Below, piece after piece: positions 40,606 to 53,119 of a stretch of 64,000 bases of DNA (position 1 is the stretch's first letter; each line of letters begins with the position of its first letter). The stretch lies in assembly GCF_009914755.1 (NCBI RefSeq), contig NC_060925.1, one strand, 5' to 3'. This DNA is from the human T2T-CHM13v2.0 reference genome, Homo sapiens. The notes under the pieces are model-generated. The model was not told the origin of the DNA, ran no database searches, and was given only the letters and a program-made list of their open reading frames with translations. The translations under genes and the position numbers were made by a program.

Positions 40606-41679
40606 TTTCAGGGAACCCGCCCCGAAAATCACATAGGTTCTTTTCTGTTTTCCTAAGCATCTGCTGGCTTGAGAAATAAAGGGACAAAGTACAAAAGAGA
40701 GAAATTTTAAAGCTGGGCATCCACGGGGGACATCACACGTTGGTAGGATCCGTGATGCCACAAAACCAGCCAGTTTTTATTAGGGAAGTTTTTATTAGGG
40801 ATTTTCAAAAGGGGAGGGAGTGTGCAAATAGGTGTGGGTGACAGACATCAAGTACTTAACAGGGTAATAGAATATCACAAGGCAAGTGGAGGCAGGGGGA
40901 GATCACAGGACCATAAGACTGAGGTGAAATTAAAATTGCTAATGAAGTTTCGGGCACCATTGTCATTGATAACATCTTATCAGGAGACAGGGTTTTGAGA
41001 TCAACTGTTCTGACCAAAATTTATTAGGCGGGAATTTCCTCTTCCTAATAAGCCTGGGAGCGCTATGGGAGACTGGAGTCTATTTCACCTCTGCAGACTT
41101 GACATTAAGAGACAGGTACGCCCTGGGGGGGCCAGTTCAGAGACCTACCCCTAGGTGTGCATTCTCTTTCTCAGGGATGTTCCATGCTGAGAAAGAGAAT
41201 TCAGTGATATTTCTCTCATTTGCTTTTGAAAGAAGAGAAATATGGCTCTGTTCTGCCCGGCTCACCGGTGGTCAGAGTTTAAGGTTATCTCTCTTATTCC
41301 CTGAACATTGCTGTTATCCTGTTCTTTTTTCAAGGTGCTCAGATTTCATATTGCACAAACACACATGCTGTACAATTTGTGCAGTTAATGCAATTATTAC
41401 AGGGTCCTGAGGTGATACACATCCTCCTCGGCTGACAAGATTAAGAGATTAAAGTAAAGACAGGCATAGGAAATCACAGGGGTATTGACTGGGGAAGTGA
41501 TAAGTCTCCATGAAATCTTTACAATTTATGTTTAGAGATTGCAGTAAAGACAGGCATAAGAAATTACAAAAGTATTAATTTGGGGAACTAATAAATGTCC
41601 ATAAAATCTTCACAATCCATGTTCTTCTGTCATGGCTTCAGCTGGTCCCTCCATTTGGGGTCCCTGACTTCCCGCAACA
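40606..41679 (-). mobile_element. MER11 (HERV-K11/HML-8) solo LTR, MER11C-like length
   Basis: Minus strand begins TGTTGCGGGAAGTCAGGGACCCC; perfect 6-bp TSD GCGGTC at 40600-40605 and 41680-41685; internal direct repeats at 41444-41620. Confidence 0.92.
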
Positions 41680-43674
41680 GCGGTCAGTCTGGCCATTGGG
41701 CTGGGGTGGAGTGACATAGATCACATGCCTGTCAGTCATGCCCCACCCGGCACCACTATGCAACAGCCCCAGATGCACATGCAGGACAGGCAGGGGACCA
41801 GCCTGTGGAGAACATTTTGTCTGCCTAGAGTTAAGCCTTGTCAGTGATTGACAATGTGGACCAAGGGAGAAGGTCTATTTTCTGAAAGTTTCATTCTGCA
41901 TGCTCCCTTAAAAACCCATTGTAATGTTCATCCAAGCAAGCTACACGTTTGTGGCAGATTTCTCTTGATTATATTTGGCTTATTTTGCTTATTTCAGATT
42001 TTATCTGTTATACCTGTCTAAACATTCCAGAATAAACCACAGGTATGCAAATCTTGGTTAACTATTTAAAAATAGGGATACTTGCAGTTGAAAATACTTT
42101 TATTTTACAAAGTGAGTTTTTTTTTAACAATCTGTACCAAGTTTCACAGATTCACTGTTTTTTTCTTTCCTGGAGGAAATTACCCTACACAATAAAACTA
42201 TATTCCCCTCGTGTTGCCCCTTTCTTCAAAGTAGGTCAGCAAACCCTCGAGCATATGTTATGTGGAAGGAAGGCTCTGTGGCAGATAACAGCTATGGACA
42301 CTCATCTCTGTCCTCAAGGGGTTTACACTTCATTTGCAGAAAAACAACAACAGCTGGCAGGTATTGAATACCTCTTGTGTGCCAGGCACTATTCCAGGCA
42401 CTTTGCATAGGCTATCACATTGACTCCTCCTAACATGCTTAGTGAGGTAGTACTAGTGGGTGAGAAACTGAGAGGCTCAGGGAGGTTTTGTGTTTTGCCC
42501 AAGATCACAACTACTGTGAGTGGTAGAGCTGGTCTGTGTACCTGGCAGTCTGACTCCATGCACACCTACCTATTAAGTGCTACAGCCAGCAGGTGCCACC
42601 ACTTAACAGTTGCTGCTGTATATGGATTGGTTCCCCAACAAGGGTGCAGATGCCTGGTAGATTCCCAACATCTTACCTCTTTTGAATGCCCAACAGCCCC
42701 AGGAGCGCTGTGCTCCCAGTTCAGGTTGACTAAATGTTCTTTGACTGATTGCACAGGAGAGGGGAGATACGTTGTCTTGCGGTGCCCTGAGAATTGAGAT
42801 GGACCTTATAAGGAATAAACTCTCTCAACAGTGAGGATGAAATCAAGCCCAGGAACATTTCCTAGGACAGGCCTTGGCAAGCCTTAGCGAGGACCTAATC
42901 ATCCAATGCTGCCAAGAAGCAATAGTTTAGACGTCGTTATGTCCCACGTTCTCAAACAAGTTTACCTGTTGCACTGGAGAGTCGACTTTCAGTTCAGGGA
43001 TCAGGAGCCTCCACATGTGGGTCCTTGCTTAGGAACCCTGCGGCAGCATTGAGGGGAGAGAAGCTCGGAGCCCCTCCTGCCCTCAAGTGCTCAAAGTGGA
43101 GCTCTGAGCTGTAATAAGGCCTTGGTCCTGGCACCAGACAAAATGTATGTGTGTATGTATATTTATGTGTCTATCTAGCCTTTATTCATTTATATATTTA
43201 AATTTTACATTTTGATGATGAAGCCATAGGCCTCACTCTACTTGTCTAGGAGCTGTGTTCTGAGTTCCACCTGCAGCTAACCCCGTGTAGATATTATGCC
43301 GCTCAGGGCTGAGGCTGGGGAAAGGCAGGAATCAAAATAGAGGGGCCAAGTCCAGTGGAGGCTGGATCCATCCTGGAATATGTCATCTGTGACATTTAAA
43401 GCCACCAAAGGCATTTTCCAGCAACCTTTAACATCCTGGGCAGAGGGGTCTGGAAAAAAGTTGTGTTCCCTCCTTTAACCTCCCTTTCCACCTGGTGCTT
43501 CCTTTTCCAAGAATAAAAGGGCGCTACCTGTGTGAGTTGGCCAGGCCACTCTGCAGCCAAAGAATCTGGGGGCTGGCTCAGTGCCAGGCAGCACCACACC
43601 CAGGTCTGCTATCCTGCACATTTATCTGCAGAGGCCCTGCACGCTGCTGGGGAGGAGAGGTGGGCTTTCTTGGC

Positions 43675-43697
43675 TGACTCATGCCGAGGAAGTGAAA
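43675..43697 (+). promoter_or_regulatory. AP-1 site adjacent to ETS-IRF composite (EICE)
   Basis: TGACTCA at 43675-43681, then GAGGAAGTGAAA (GGAAGTGAAA at 43688-43697). Confidence 0.5.
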
Positions 43698-46600
43698 AGC
43701 CCAGACACATTTGGTTCATCAATTCCTCCCAGGTCTCAGCCTGTGCTTACTAACCCAGGCAGTGTGTACTGACACTGAGAAACTGGGTGTCTCTGGGAGT
43801 CAGTGATCTCAGATCTGTGGGTGACATATAGGACTTGATGATTTGATCTTCATTTCAAGTACCAACTGCTTTTTTATCTTCTTTTACTTTGTTCTTCTTT
43901 AACTCATTAGGGAATTTTTCAGTAGGATTAAGTAAAATAGATTCCTCAAATTTGTTTCCAAGTTCAGATCCAACCAGGATTTTTCAACATCCTCTTGGTT
44001 CCCTGCCACATACAATAAATACTATGGTCAAATATTATTACATCATGACAGCAATGTCTAAGGTGAGGCTTGTAGAAACAGCATTGAAAGGAGTCCTGGA
44101 TATCCTGGTCCTGATTCTGGAGATGGGGAGGCATTCATTCCAGGATTGGACCTTCTACCCTTAAGGCAGGCCCAGCTCCAGGCTTCTCCTGCCTGAATAC
44201 TACACACAGTTCCTAAGCCAGGAGCCCTATGTTGGCTCAAGAACCTGGAACTTAAAGCAGACTCCTCCAGTGCTAGAGACAAATGGGAGGTAGCAATGCC
44301 CGAACAATTGACCCTTGACAGCTTTGGATGGACAGAGAAGGTCTTCAACAAAGTCATTCTTTCTCATCTCAGTGGTCTTTGAAGAACTCCTTCCAGCTGA
44401 GCTACTGTGGAGTTAACTCAGCATGGCTGAGCATTTATCGGAACCTACTAAGTGCTGTGAGGTACCAGGCCCTGCAAAAGTAAGGATAAATGTGCCCAGT
44501 TCCTGTCCTGCGTGGACTCAAAGGGCGAGCAGGCCTTGGGTTGATGATTTAGCCCAGGACAATGATCAGAACACACTGTGGGCCTAAATGATTCACCAGA
44601 GTCTGCTTTTCTCAGGGATGTAGTCTTGACGGAATCCTAAAGAAGTTCCTTTATCTCTAGCATTTTCTCTTGTTTTCTGTCATTTCCTACCTACTGTGGG
44701 GTTTAAAGGGGCTGATGAGGGAGGGAAGCAAATACACAGTGTGTTGAATGAGCAGGTTGGTTACCTTGTGGACAACTGTGCTTGTCCTCCTGGGACCTGG
44801 GAAGGATGGTGTAGAACTTTCCTGGCACCATCCCACTTGCAGGCGAGGAATCCGGGGGACGTGTCTACCAGTTCCATCCGCCACTGGCAGAGAGCATTCA
44901 CTCCCCAGAAAGCCTGGCCTGACCTGCCTGTGGCCCCAGCACATTCCTGAGGACAAAGAAATCCAGAGAAATTGCTGAGGCAGAGAGTCACAGAAGGCGC
45001 AGGCCTGCGGAAGGGTGAGGCCAGTGGACCTGGGCAAGGCATTGGCAGACGGTGTCATGCTCCCAGGCCTGGTGGAGCTGCCTGCAGCACAGAGACCAGC
45101 CCTCCTGAGGATGAGGGGAAACAGCAGGCAGCGTGGGAATGGCAGCATTAATACCCTACCCAGGGCAGAGGAACGTGGACCCAGCGATGTCAGCCTCTCC
45201 TCCCCACACCAGCGGGAGAAAGTGGGAGCACAGGCAGAGGTGTTGTTTCAGGCAGCTCTCCTAACAGAACTTTCCTTATGAAAATATGTAAGCACTCAGG
45301 GAAATAGGTTTGAATTAACTTTACATACACACAGTGAGGTTTCCTCAGTCCATACATGGCCTCAGCACAGGCTCAGAGCATCACCTGTACAATTCCTGCA
45401 CTGACCGACACAGGTTTAGCTGGTAGCAGGGACAGGTGCTGGGTGGGAAGCTCTCAGTTCCTGCTTTTCACCCCCATCTAAGTGTTCTCTGAGACCAGGG
45501 ATTGATCCTGGCTCACCTGGAGTGTGCTCCACAGTCTGAGGATTTGGGAGGGTTTCTGTGTTCATGCCTACCTGGCAGGCAGAGGTTTCTGTGACCTAAA
45601 AGCTGTCTGTGGGAGCCTGTCTGGCTCTTGTGAGCCTGCTTCCTGGGAGCAGCCCCAGCCTCCCTGTGTGTCTCATGCCCCCTGGACTCAACAGGGGCTT
45701 GGAAGATCCTGAGGCTGCATCAGGGTCCTTGGCCAAAATTCACACTGGAAGTTACTCTGCCTGACTCCTAGGTGCCAAGGAGTCTATTAATACTTATGAG
45801 CTGTTCATTAGCATTGGGAGAAATCAGCCCAAACTCTGGCGGGAAGGGAGGGTGTGTGTTTGTCTAAATAGTTTGGCGCTTGGTCAGCCGCCCTCCTGTT
45901 TGTGAAATCTGTGAGGCCCCTCACCACAGCCTGGGGCTGGAAGCAGGCCTCCAGTCGAGCTGGCAGCAACCCCAGCCCCCTAGGTTCTGGCCACAGCGAA
46001 GAGAACATTCAGGTTCGAGCCCCCTTCATCCTCAGGCCGGGAGGAGATTGAAGTCTCTGACATGTCTTTTCAACTCCTTCCATTTAATTGTTAATTAGGA
46101 GAGAGCAGAGGGAAGAAGGAAAGGTAAATGTTTCCCTTCTTGACAAAGCAATCACTCTGCGGCTGGGCCACAGTTCCCTGACCAGTGAGGAGCCCAGGTG
46201 AGTCCTCATCGGCTCAGAAATGGTGAGCAGTTCTTTCCAGCCCTGACCTCCCGAGCCCAGGAAGCCTTCTTGCTTTTCCTCTTTAGGTGAACATAGCCCT
46301 TTTGGGTTGAGAAAAGAGCAGGAGATGGCCAGGCACAAAAAGTTATTCTCTAAAGATCTTGCCTAGGAAGAGAGAAATCAAAGCTAAACCCAGGCTCTGT
46401 ATCAGATCAGGGACCAACTCTCATCTCAGCTGTCGACGCTGCTGTGGTTCCAGGCCTCTTGGATGAACTGGTTGGGCTGCCTGAGCAGTTTATTTCTAAA
46501 GGGTATAGGAGCCTCTGGGATAGAACTCATTACAGGGGGAGAGCGAGGCATAGTGGGCCTCGCCAACAGTGAAGCGTCAGGTGTCGGAGGCAAGCTGCGA

Positions 46601-47402
46601 TTCTGACTTCAGTGTGGTTGCATCTGTTCTCCATCTGGTCCCTTGGAGACCTCATCTGGGTCACAGGAGAGAAAGGGTGGCCAGTAAAATATATATACAC
46701 ACATATATATATATGATAAAATATTCTTTAAAAATCTCAGCTTCATCCTGTCACCCACCAACTGTGTGACTGTGGGCAGGTTACCTCTCCTCTCTACGCC
46801 TCAGCCTCCTCATCATTAAATGGTGATGCCCGCAGTGCCTGAGAGGGCTGCTCTGAAGTCATTGGAGTTCGTGTTTGTAAACTGCTTAGAATGCTGTAAA
46901 TGCTAAGTGTTATATAAACAAAACGCAAAGCACCTGTAAGACAGGGCACAAGAAGCTCTAGTTTGGGACTGTCTGACAGTGCCCAAGGAGGAGAGCGAAG
47001 CAGGCCTCACGCCTCTCCGCAGACCCCGAGAGGCTCCAGCACATCAGAGAGCAGCACCAGCTCAGCTCCTGCAGCACCCAGGGGTTCCTCTGCTGGCAGG
47101 GAATGCTTTGGGGATGCAGAGACAGCTGGGGCTGGAGTGTGCATTGGAGAAAGGCCTGTGTGGGTGGGTAAGAGGCAGCTGCAGGTGGGCCGCTACTGTG
47201 AATGTAGCCTCGTCCACACCTGCTGGCTCTGAGGCCCAAGGGGCTGGGTCACAGATAGAAGCCCCTGCACAGCTCCATTCAGAGTCAAAGTCCGTTTCCC
47301 TGTAGCCCCTAGGTAGCTCAGAGAAAGGTGAGGGTGGTCTCCTGGGAGGGGCCTGAAGCGCAGCAGTTCTCCCCATCTCACCTGTTATTCTGTTAAGTTT
47401 AG

Positions 47403-47738
47403 TAGCTGAGTCCACTTAGGCTACTATAACAAAGTGCCACAAGCTGGGTGGTTTGTCAACAACAGAAATTTATTCCTCACAGTTCTGGAGGCTGAGAAAT
47501 CCAAGATCGAGGCACTGGCAGATTTGGTGTCTGCTGAGGGCCCACTTTCTGGTTCATAAATGGCACCTCGCTGTGTCCTCACAGAGTGGGAGGGGCACGT
47601 GAGCTCCCGGGCCCGTTTCCTAAGGGCCCTCATGACCTAATTACCTCCCCAGAGGCCCCACCTCCTAACACCATCACCTTGGTGGTTAGAATTTCACCAT
47701 AAGAATTTGGGACGGACACAAATATTCAGACCATAGCA
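47403..47738 (-). mobile_element. MaLR LTR (MLT1A0-like)
   Basis: CAGAAATTTATTCCTCACAGTTCTGGAGGCT...ATTCAGACCATAGCA. Confidence 0.85.
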
Positions 47739-49186
47739 TTTAATAAAACTCCTCCGTTCTTTTGTGTTTCACTTCTATGGGGCTGGGCTTCTTCCATGTT
47801 CATAAATACAAATCCCAATCCTTATGGACTGTGCTCACAGGAAACCTTATTTTGAATCCTTTGGCTCACTTGTGAGGGTAGCTGTTACAACTGACAAGTG
47901 GAGTCCATGAAAAGTCAACACCAAAAGGTGGGCTCTTTGAAAAGCAGCTGGAAAAGAAAGTGGAAGAGGAATGGGAGGCCAGGCTGCATTTGAAAGGAAG
48001 GGTGTTAATTAGGAACCCCTCATTTTAAAGAGGGGCTAGACCCCTTGCTCAAGGCTTAATAAGAGGCTTCAGAACTCGTCCTGCTGGCTCCCCCCAGCCT
48101 TCACCCCAGCTCCCCTCTGTAATATAAGCAGAGAGCTAGGGAAAGAAGGAGAAAGAGGGCAAGTGTTAGTCAATGTGGTGTTCACAAGGGGAGGTGACTT
48201 CCTCCCCAAAGCTAGGTGGAGACTTGGATGTGCTCTGAGACTGGGGGTGCCCTCGGAGTAGAGCAGAACATGGTGACCCTGGGAAAGCTCTTGAAGAACC
48301 TGGCTTGTGTGCTGGGAGTTTGGAGGCACCCATGAACGTTGAGGCCAAAACCTGGAGATTTCTGAAGGCAGAAGGCCTGTGGAAGTGGCCTGGGTGGAGG
48401 AACGAGGTTACTGTCCATCAGTTGCTTGGCAGTAAGCTAATTGGCCAAGTGAGGCAATGCCCTGCCCAGAGAGGAAGTTAAAGGCACAAGCCACAATGCT
48501 GGTCAAAGGGAGATATGGCTGCCCTGAAGGGGGACTCAGAACAGGGGTATGGCTGGATACAGCTTCCAAAAAACCTTGCCCATCATTTATGATAAGATCA
48601 GTGTACCATCAAAATTTCCAGGATCATATAGACCCTGACCGAGCCAGGGTGACACTAGAAACATCCCACACAGACAGGTGGCTGGCCATGTTAGATGGTC
48701 CCTGTCCCCCTCCAACCTAAAGGCACTTAACCCATGAAAGGGAAAGTGAAGAATAAGAGGACTGACCACACACTCGACCTCCCTCAAATCCCTTGCTGAG
48801 GGCTGACTTTCCCAAGGAGAGGTAAGAAATGAGATTTAAATTGGATCCGAGGTTGGCATTTTGAACCAGACTGGGCTGGACAATGAATAAATGTGATTGT
48901 TAGATTATGGAATATACTTAAGACAGTCATTACAGGATGGGCAAAGTGGTGACTGGAGAAAGAAAAAACCTTATCATACTTGTTTCCCACCTACTTGAGA
49001 CTCCTCAAGCCATTTTTGCAGCCATTAATTCTAGAAACGTTAATAATATATCTTCCTTTTGAAACACAAAATTTGGAGAAACTTAAAAATGGAGCAAGAG
49101 TGGTTGCCTTGTTTGGAGCAAAGATCTGAAAACTCTGAAACATTCTTCAAGCTTGGGGAGCTGCTTCCGAAGATTTGTTGATGCAT

Positions 49187-49683
49187 GGTTTATTCGTTTT
49201 CTAACGCTGCTGTAACAAATTACCACACAGTGGCTGAAAACAACACAACTCTATCATCTTATAGCTCTATAGGTTAGAAGTCCAACATAGGACTCACTAA
49301 GCTAAAATCAAGATCTTAGGCCTTTCTGGAGGCCATAGAGGTGAATCTGTTTCCTTGCCATTTTCAGGTTCTAGAAGTAGCCAACATTCCCACATTCCTT
49401 GGTCCGTGGCCATTCTTCCATCTTCAAAATCAGCAATGGAAGGTTGAGACCTTCTCCCTGCACCACTCTGACTTCTCTTCTGCCTTCCTCTTCCACTTTT
49501 AAGGACACTTGTGATTACATTGGGCCCACCCAGATAATCCAGGATAATCTTTAGATCAAGTCGGTTGGCAACCTCAATTTCACCTGCAAGTGTAATTCCC
49601 CTTTTCCATGCAACCTAACATATTTGCAGGTTCTGGAGATTAGGACATGGACAACTTCGGAGAGCCATTATTCTCCTACCACA
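49187..49683 (-). mobile_element. MaLR LTR (MLT1D-like)
   Basis: GCTGCTGTAACAAATTACCAC...GATTACATTGGGCCCACCCAGATAATCCAGGATAATCT...CCTACCACA. Confidence 0.85.
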
Positions 49684-52273
49684 TGTGGCTTGCATATTAT
49701 TGAATTCAACTTAATTTAACACAAATGCACGCGATCCTCACAATAAACCAGCCAAGATTCAATCACAAGCCATCACCTTGCCTCACAGGAGTAGGGAGAA
49801 GCCCAGCTTACTGTGAACCATGAAAGAGAGGAGCCAAAAGGCTACTGGACATTGATCATGTCCGCAGGGCCAAATGAAAGCTGTTCAATCCCACTTATGT
49901 CCCGAGCAGGAGAGCCCGCAGGACACATGCCCCGCACTCACCTGCAGCGAGGATCTGAACTCCTGAGCTGCTGCCTGCCTCCACCCACATGCTCCGCTGA
50001 TACCAGCACTTACCCTTTCCACTGATAAACATCTTATCAGCACGGCAGGTATCTGGCTTTCAAAATCCTAAATGACTATGACCAGTTTGAGGTGCTACAA
50101 GATGCTGCTGACTTAGGGAACAAGAAAGGTGGAGTGCCCTCTCATTAGGTTCCTGAGTGGTAAAGAGAGCTGGAGCCACCCTCCCTCCCATCTTCAGGGA
50201 GGCCCAGGGTGGGAGAGTGTGCTGGAGACTAGGACTCAGTGCTCTTAGCTGCGCCTCCTGGGATGGGAGATGCAGGCGGGGATCCTGGTAACTCTTCTGT
50301 ATTTTGTCAGACTGATGTCTCATCCTCACAGCTCCTGGCTCAGGGAGCACTGACAGTTGCTATCTGGACTCCAGATATGGAAATGGGATTCTAGCCATCA
50401 TTCCCTGCCATGCTGGCCCAGCCGTACTGGGCCTTATGAGTGTCCTGGAGTGTTGAGGAGGTATGAAGAGCAGAGCCCCTGTGGAGTGTCACCTCCTCAC
50501 ACCTTGCTGGGCCCTCTGGGGTCCAGGGAGTTCTCACCTCCATTAGGGCACCCTAGCAGGTTAGCTTGGCCCTGGGGTAGGGGCAGGGGCAGGGGCAGGG
50601 ATTTGGTCCGGCATGACCCCTGGTCGTTGGAATGCTTCCCCAGAGCACTCCCTCCCTCGGTCCTGTCATTGGGGCACTTTGAGGACAGCAAACTCACTGT
50701 TAGGCCACTCTCAGCGATGGGCTCCTGGGCAGCTGAGACATCAGTGAGGGATTCCTTCCCCACTGCAGCACAGCCACCCCGCCCAGCTGTTTTATACAAA
50801 AGCTCTCATTCTGTTTAAGAAGGCTCACCAGCCTGCTGGCAAGGGTGAGACGGACTGTTAAGCCAGAACCTCAAGCTGTTGGGACTTGTTTACCCTTCTG
50901 AAGAGTGAGATGGGTCCGTTGTGCCCTAGAATCACAATACCACCTTGATTCAGAGAATGAGATGGGTCTACCCTTTCCTAGAAACACAATATGAGGCCTT
51001 GGCATCACCCTTCCCTGAGAACATTCATTCATTTAAGATGGGATCATCTTCCCCCTAAGAACTGACTGAAGACCTTCCTTCCAAAGCACAAAAATCCACA
51101 AATCCACTCTAAGCACATTTTTTATAATGAGCACTATGACTTTCATAATGGAAAAAAAAATCATCTGTATTTTTAAATGTTTGAATGGCAAGGCCATGTA
51201 GATTGCAGCCAGATGAGATCACATTCCCAATTAAAATAATCAGTTTCCAGTGTTCAGACACTTTGGTGGAGCTGTAGCCTGACAATAATTTTGCCATGGT
51301 TGTTTTAGGGATGAGTACACAGGGAAGTTTCCTACCTCAGAAAGAACCCTGGACTAAGTCGGAAGACCTGGCTGTCAACTCCAGCTCTTTCTCTTTGCCG
51401 ATGTGACCTTGAGCCTTGGTTTCTCCCTCTGTCAGGTGGGGAGAGGGATGTAGCCCCACCTACCTGCCGCCTAGGGTGTTGTGAAATTCTGATGAAATAA
51501 GGCCAGTGAAAGAGTGTCATCATCAGGTGGCCCTGGAGAGGAAAAGTGGCTGAGAATCCCCTGCAATGCTGGTGATTCTATTAGGCAACAGTAGCAGAGC
51601 ATGTACCTGCCCATCACTCCCGCTGCCCTCAAGCACAGCTTCCAAGGGACACCATCAGCCGGGACTAGGACTCCAATGGCAAGGCTGGGAGACTGGGAGA
51701 CCTGCCTGGCCGGAGGCCGGCTGCACCACGATTTCCTTCCTGGCTTCAGTGAGAGTTTCCACCCAGTCTGGCAGTGAAGTAGTGCCAGGATCTTCTTCAG
51801 GAGCATGTTTCCAGGTGAGGAGTCATTTAGGGAACCACACCGCAGGGATCCCCCACTCTCAGCTGGACCCTTGGAGCCAGACTTGCCGACAGCCATAGAG
51901 GTCGTCATGCGCTGCCGCCCTAAGACTGCATCCTCTAATACTGCTCCTTCCCAGCCACGCATGTTGATCCTGCTCAGCAAGAATCAGAGAGCTCTGTATC
52001 TGCACTGCAAACAGCTGACTTCCTAGAGAAGTGCTTTCATGAAACTGTGTTTTAGTGTGTGATGGAATGTAGGCTTATCTTGAAGCCGAGAACAGAAGCA
52101 GCATCTGTTTTCTGAGTCTACTAGGAAGATAGTCATTGCCTTGGCCTTGTCATAAAGGCTTAGTTTCCCTTTTATCTTTGCTTTTCTCTTCACCTTTACC
52201 TAACTCACGGCATTCTGCTGCATTTTGTGTATTCTCATACACCATCCTCAGTCCTCTGTGGAAGGAAGAAGGG

Positions 52274-52707
52274 TATTGCAGCTGATGCTCTCAGTGTCCC
52301 ACCCTTATCCCTTGGACAAGTCCTGCCAACCAATTGCCTGAACCTGCATTTGCTCCTGAGGTTTCTCCCCTCTCTTGACTAGAAACCGGGGAAGGCAGCA
52401 TAGTCTAGATGCTGTGGAATGAACACATCTCCAGCAGGAGCTCTGCAATTTATATATAAATATCCCAGCTTCCTCATCCTCAGGTGGAATAATTTCTCAG
52501 CATGTGTTTTGCATCTTTCCCCAGAGTTTCTAGGGTTAAGCTCTAGTGGCTTCCTGTGGCAGCTGACTTCATAGGCTCCCTTTCCTTCTAGGGACCCCTT
52601 CCCCACTTCCTGGCAAGAACTACTTGCATTTCCCAAATACACTCTTTCTAGAAGTAGATCTTGAATCTTTGCTTGAAGATCCACTTCTAGGAGAATCTAA
52701 GCTAAAA
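52274..52707 (+). mobile_element. ERVL LTR (LTR16-like)
   Basis: ATAAATATCCCAGCTTCCTCATCCTCAGGTGGAATAA and terminal GAGAATCTAAGCTAA motifs. Confidence 0.65.
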
Positions 52708-53119
52708 GGGATATGAATAAACAGAAATGAATAGAAACCAGTAAAATGTCTTATATATTACAAATAATCAAATAAATGTTTGTTGAGTTAAGGAGATAAC
52801 AATGCAGTGTATTCTCAACGCTTAGCGCAGAGCTGAGCGCAGAGGAGATGTTCAATAAATGCTTGAAAGGGAGGTAAAATGATCCTAGTTAAGCATAGAT
52901 TGGATGATCACCCAGAGGATGTATCACAAATGGGCTTGAAGAATCATTGACTAAGTGGACAAGCCAAGCTCTGGGGATTCAGGTAGATTAGAGTTCTATA
53001 GGTATGACCTGCTACAGTGGAGGTGGGAGCCTTCTGAATGCTAAGAATGGGGCTAGCTTTGGATTTTCAGTTAGTCTTTCTTATTTCTGTAGTGAATTTT
53101 CTTTGATTATACAAAATTT

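Noticed and set aside
41444-41620. Long direct repeat
   Set aside because: Intrinsic to MER11 LTRs; not a CRISPR-like or novel array.
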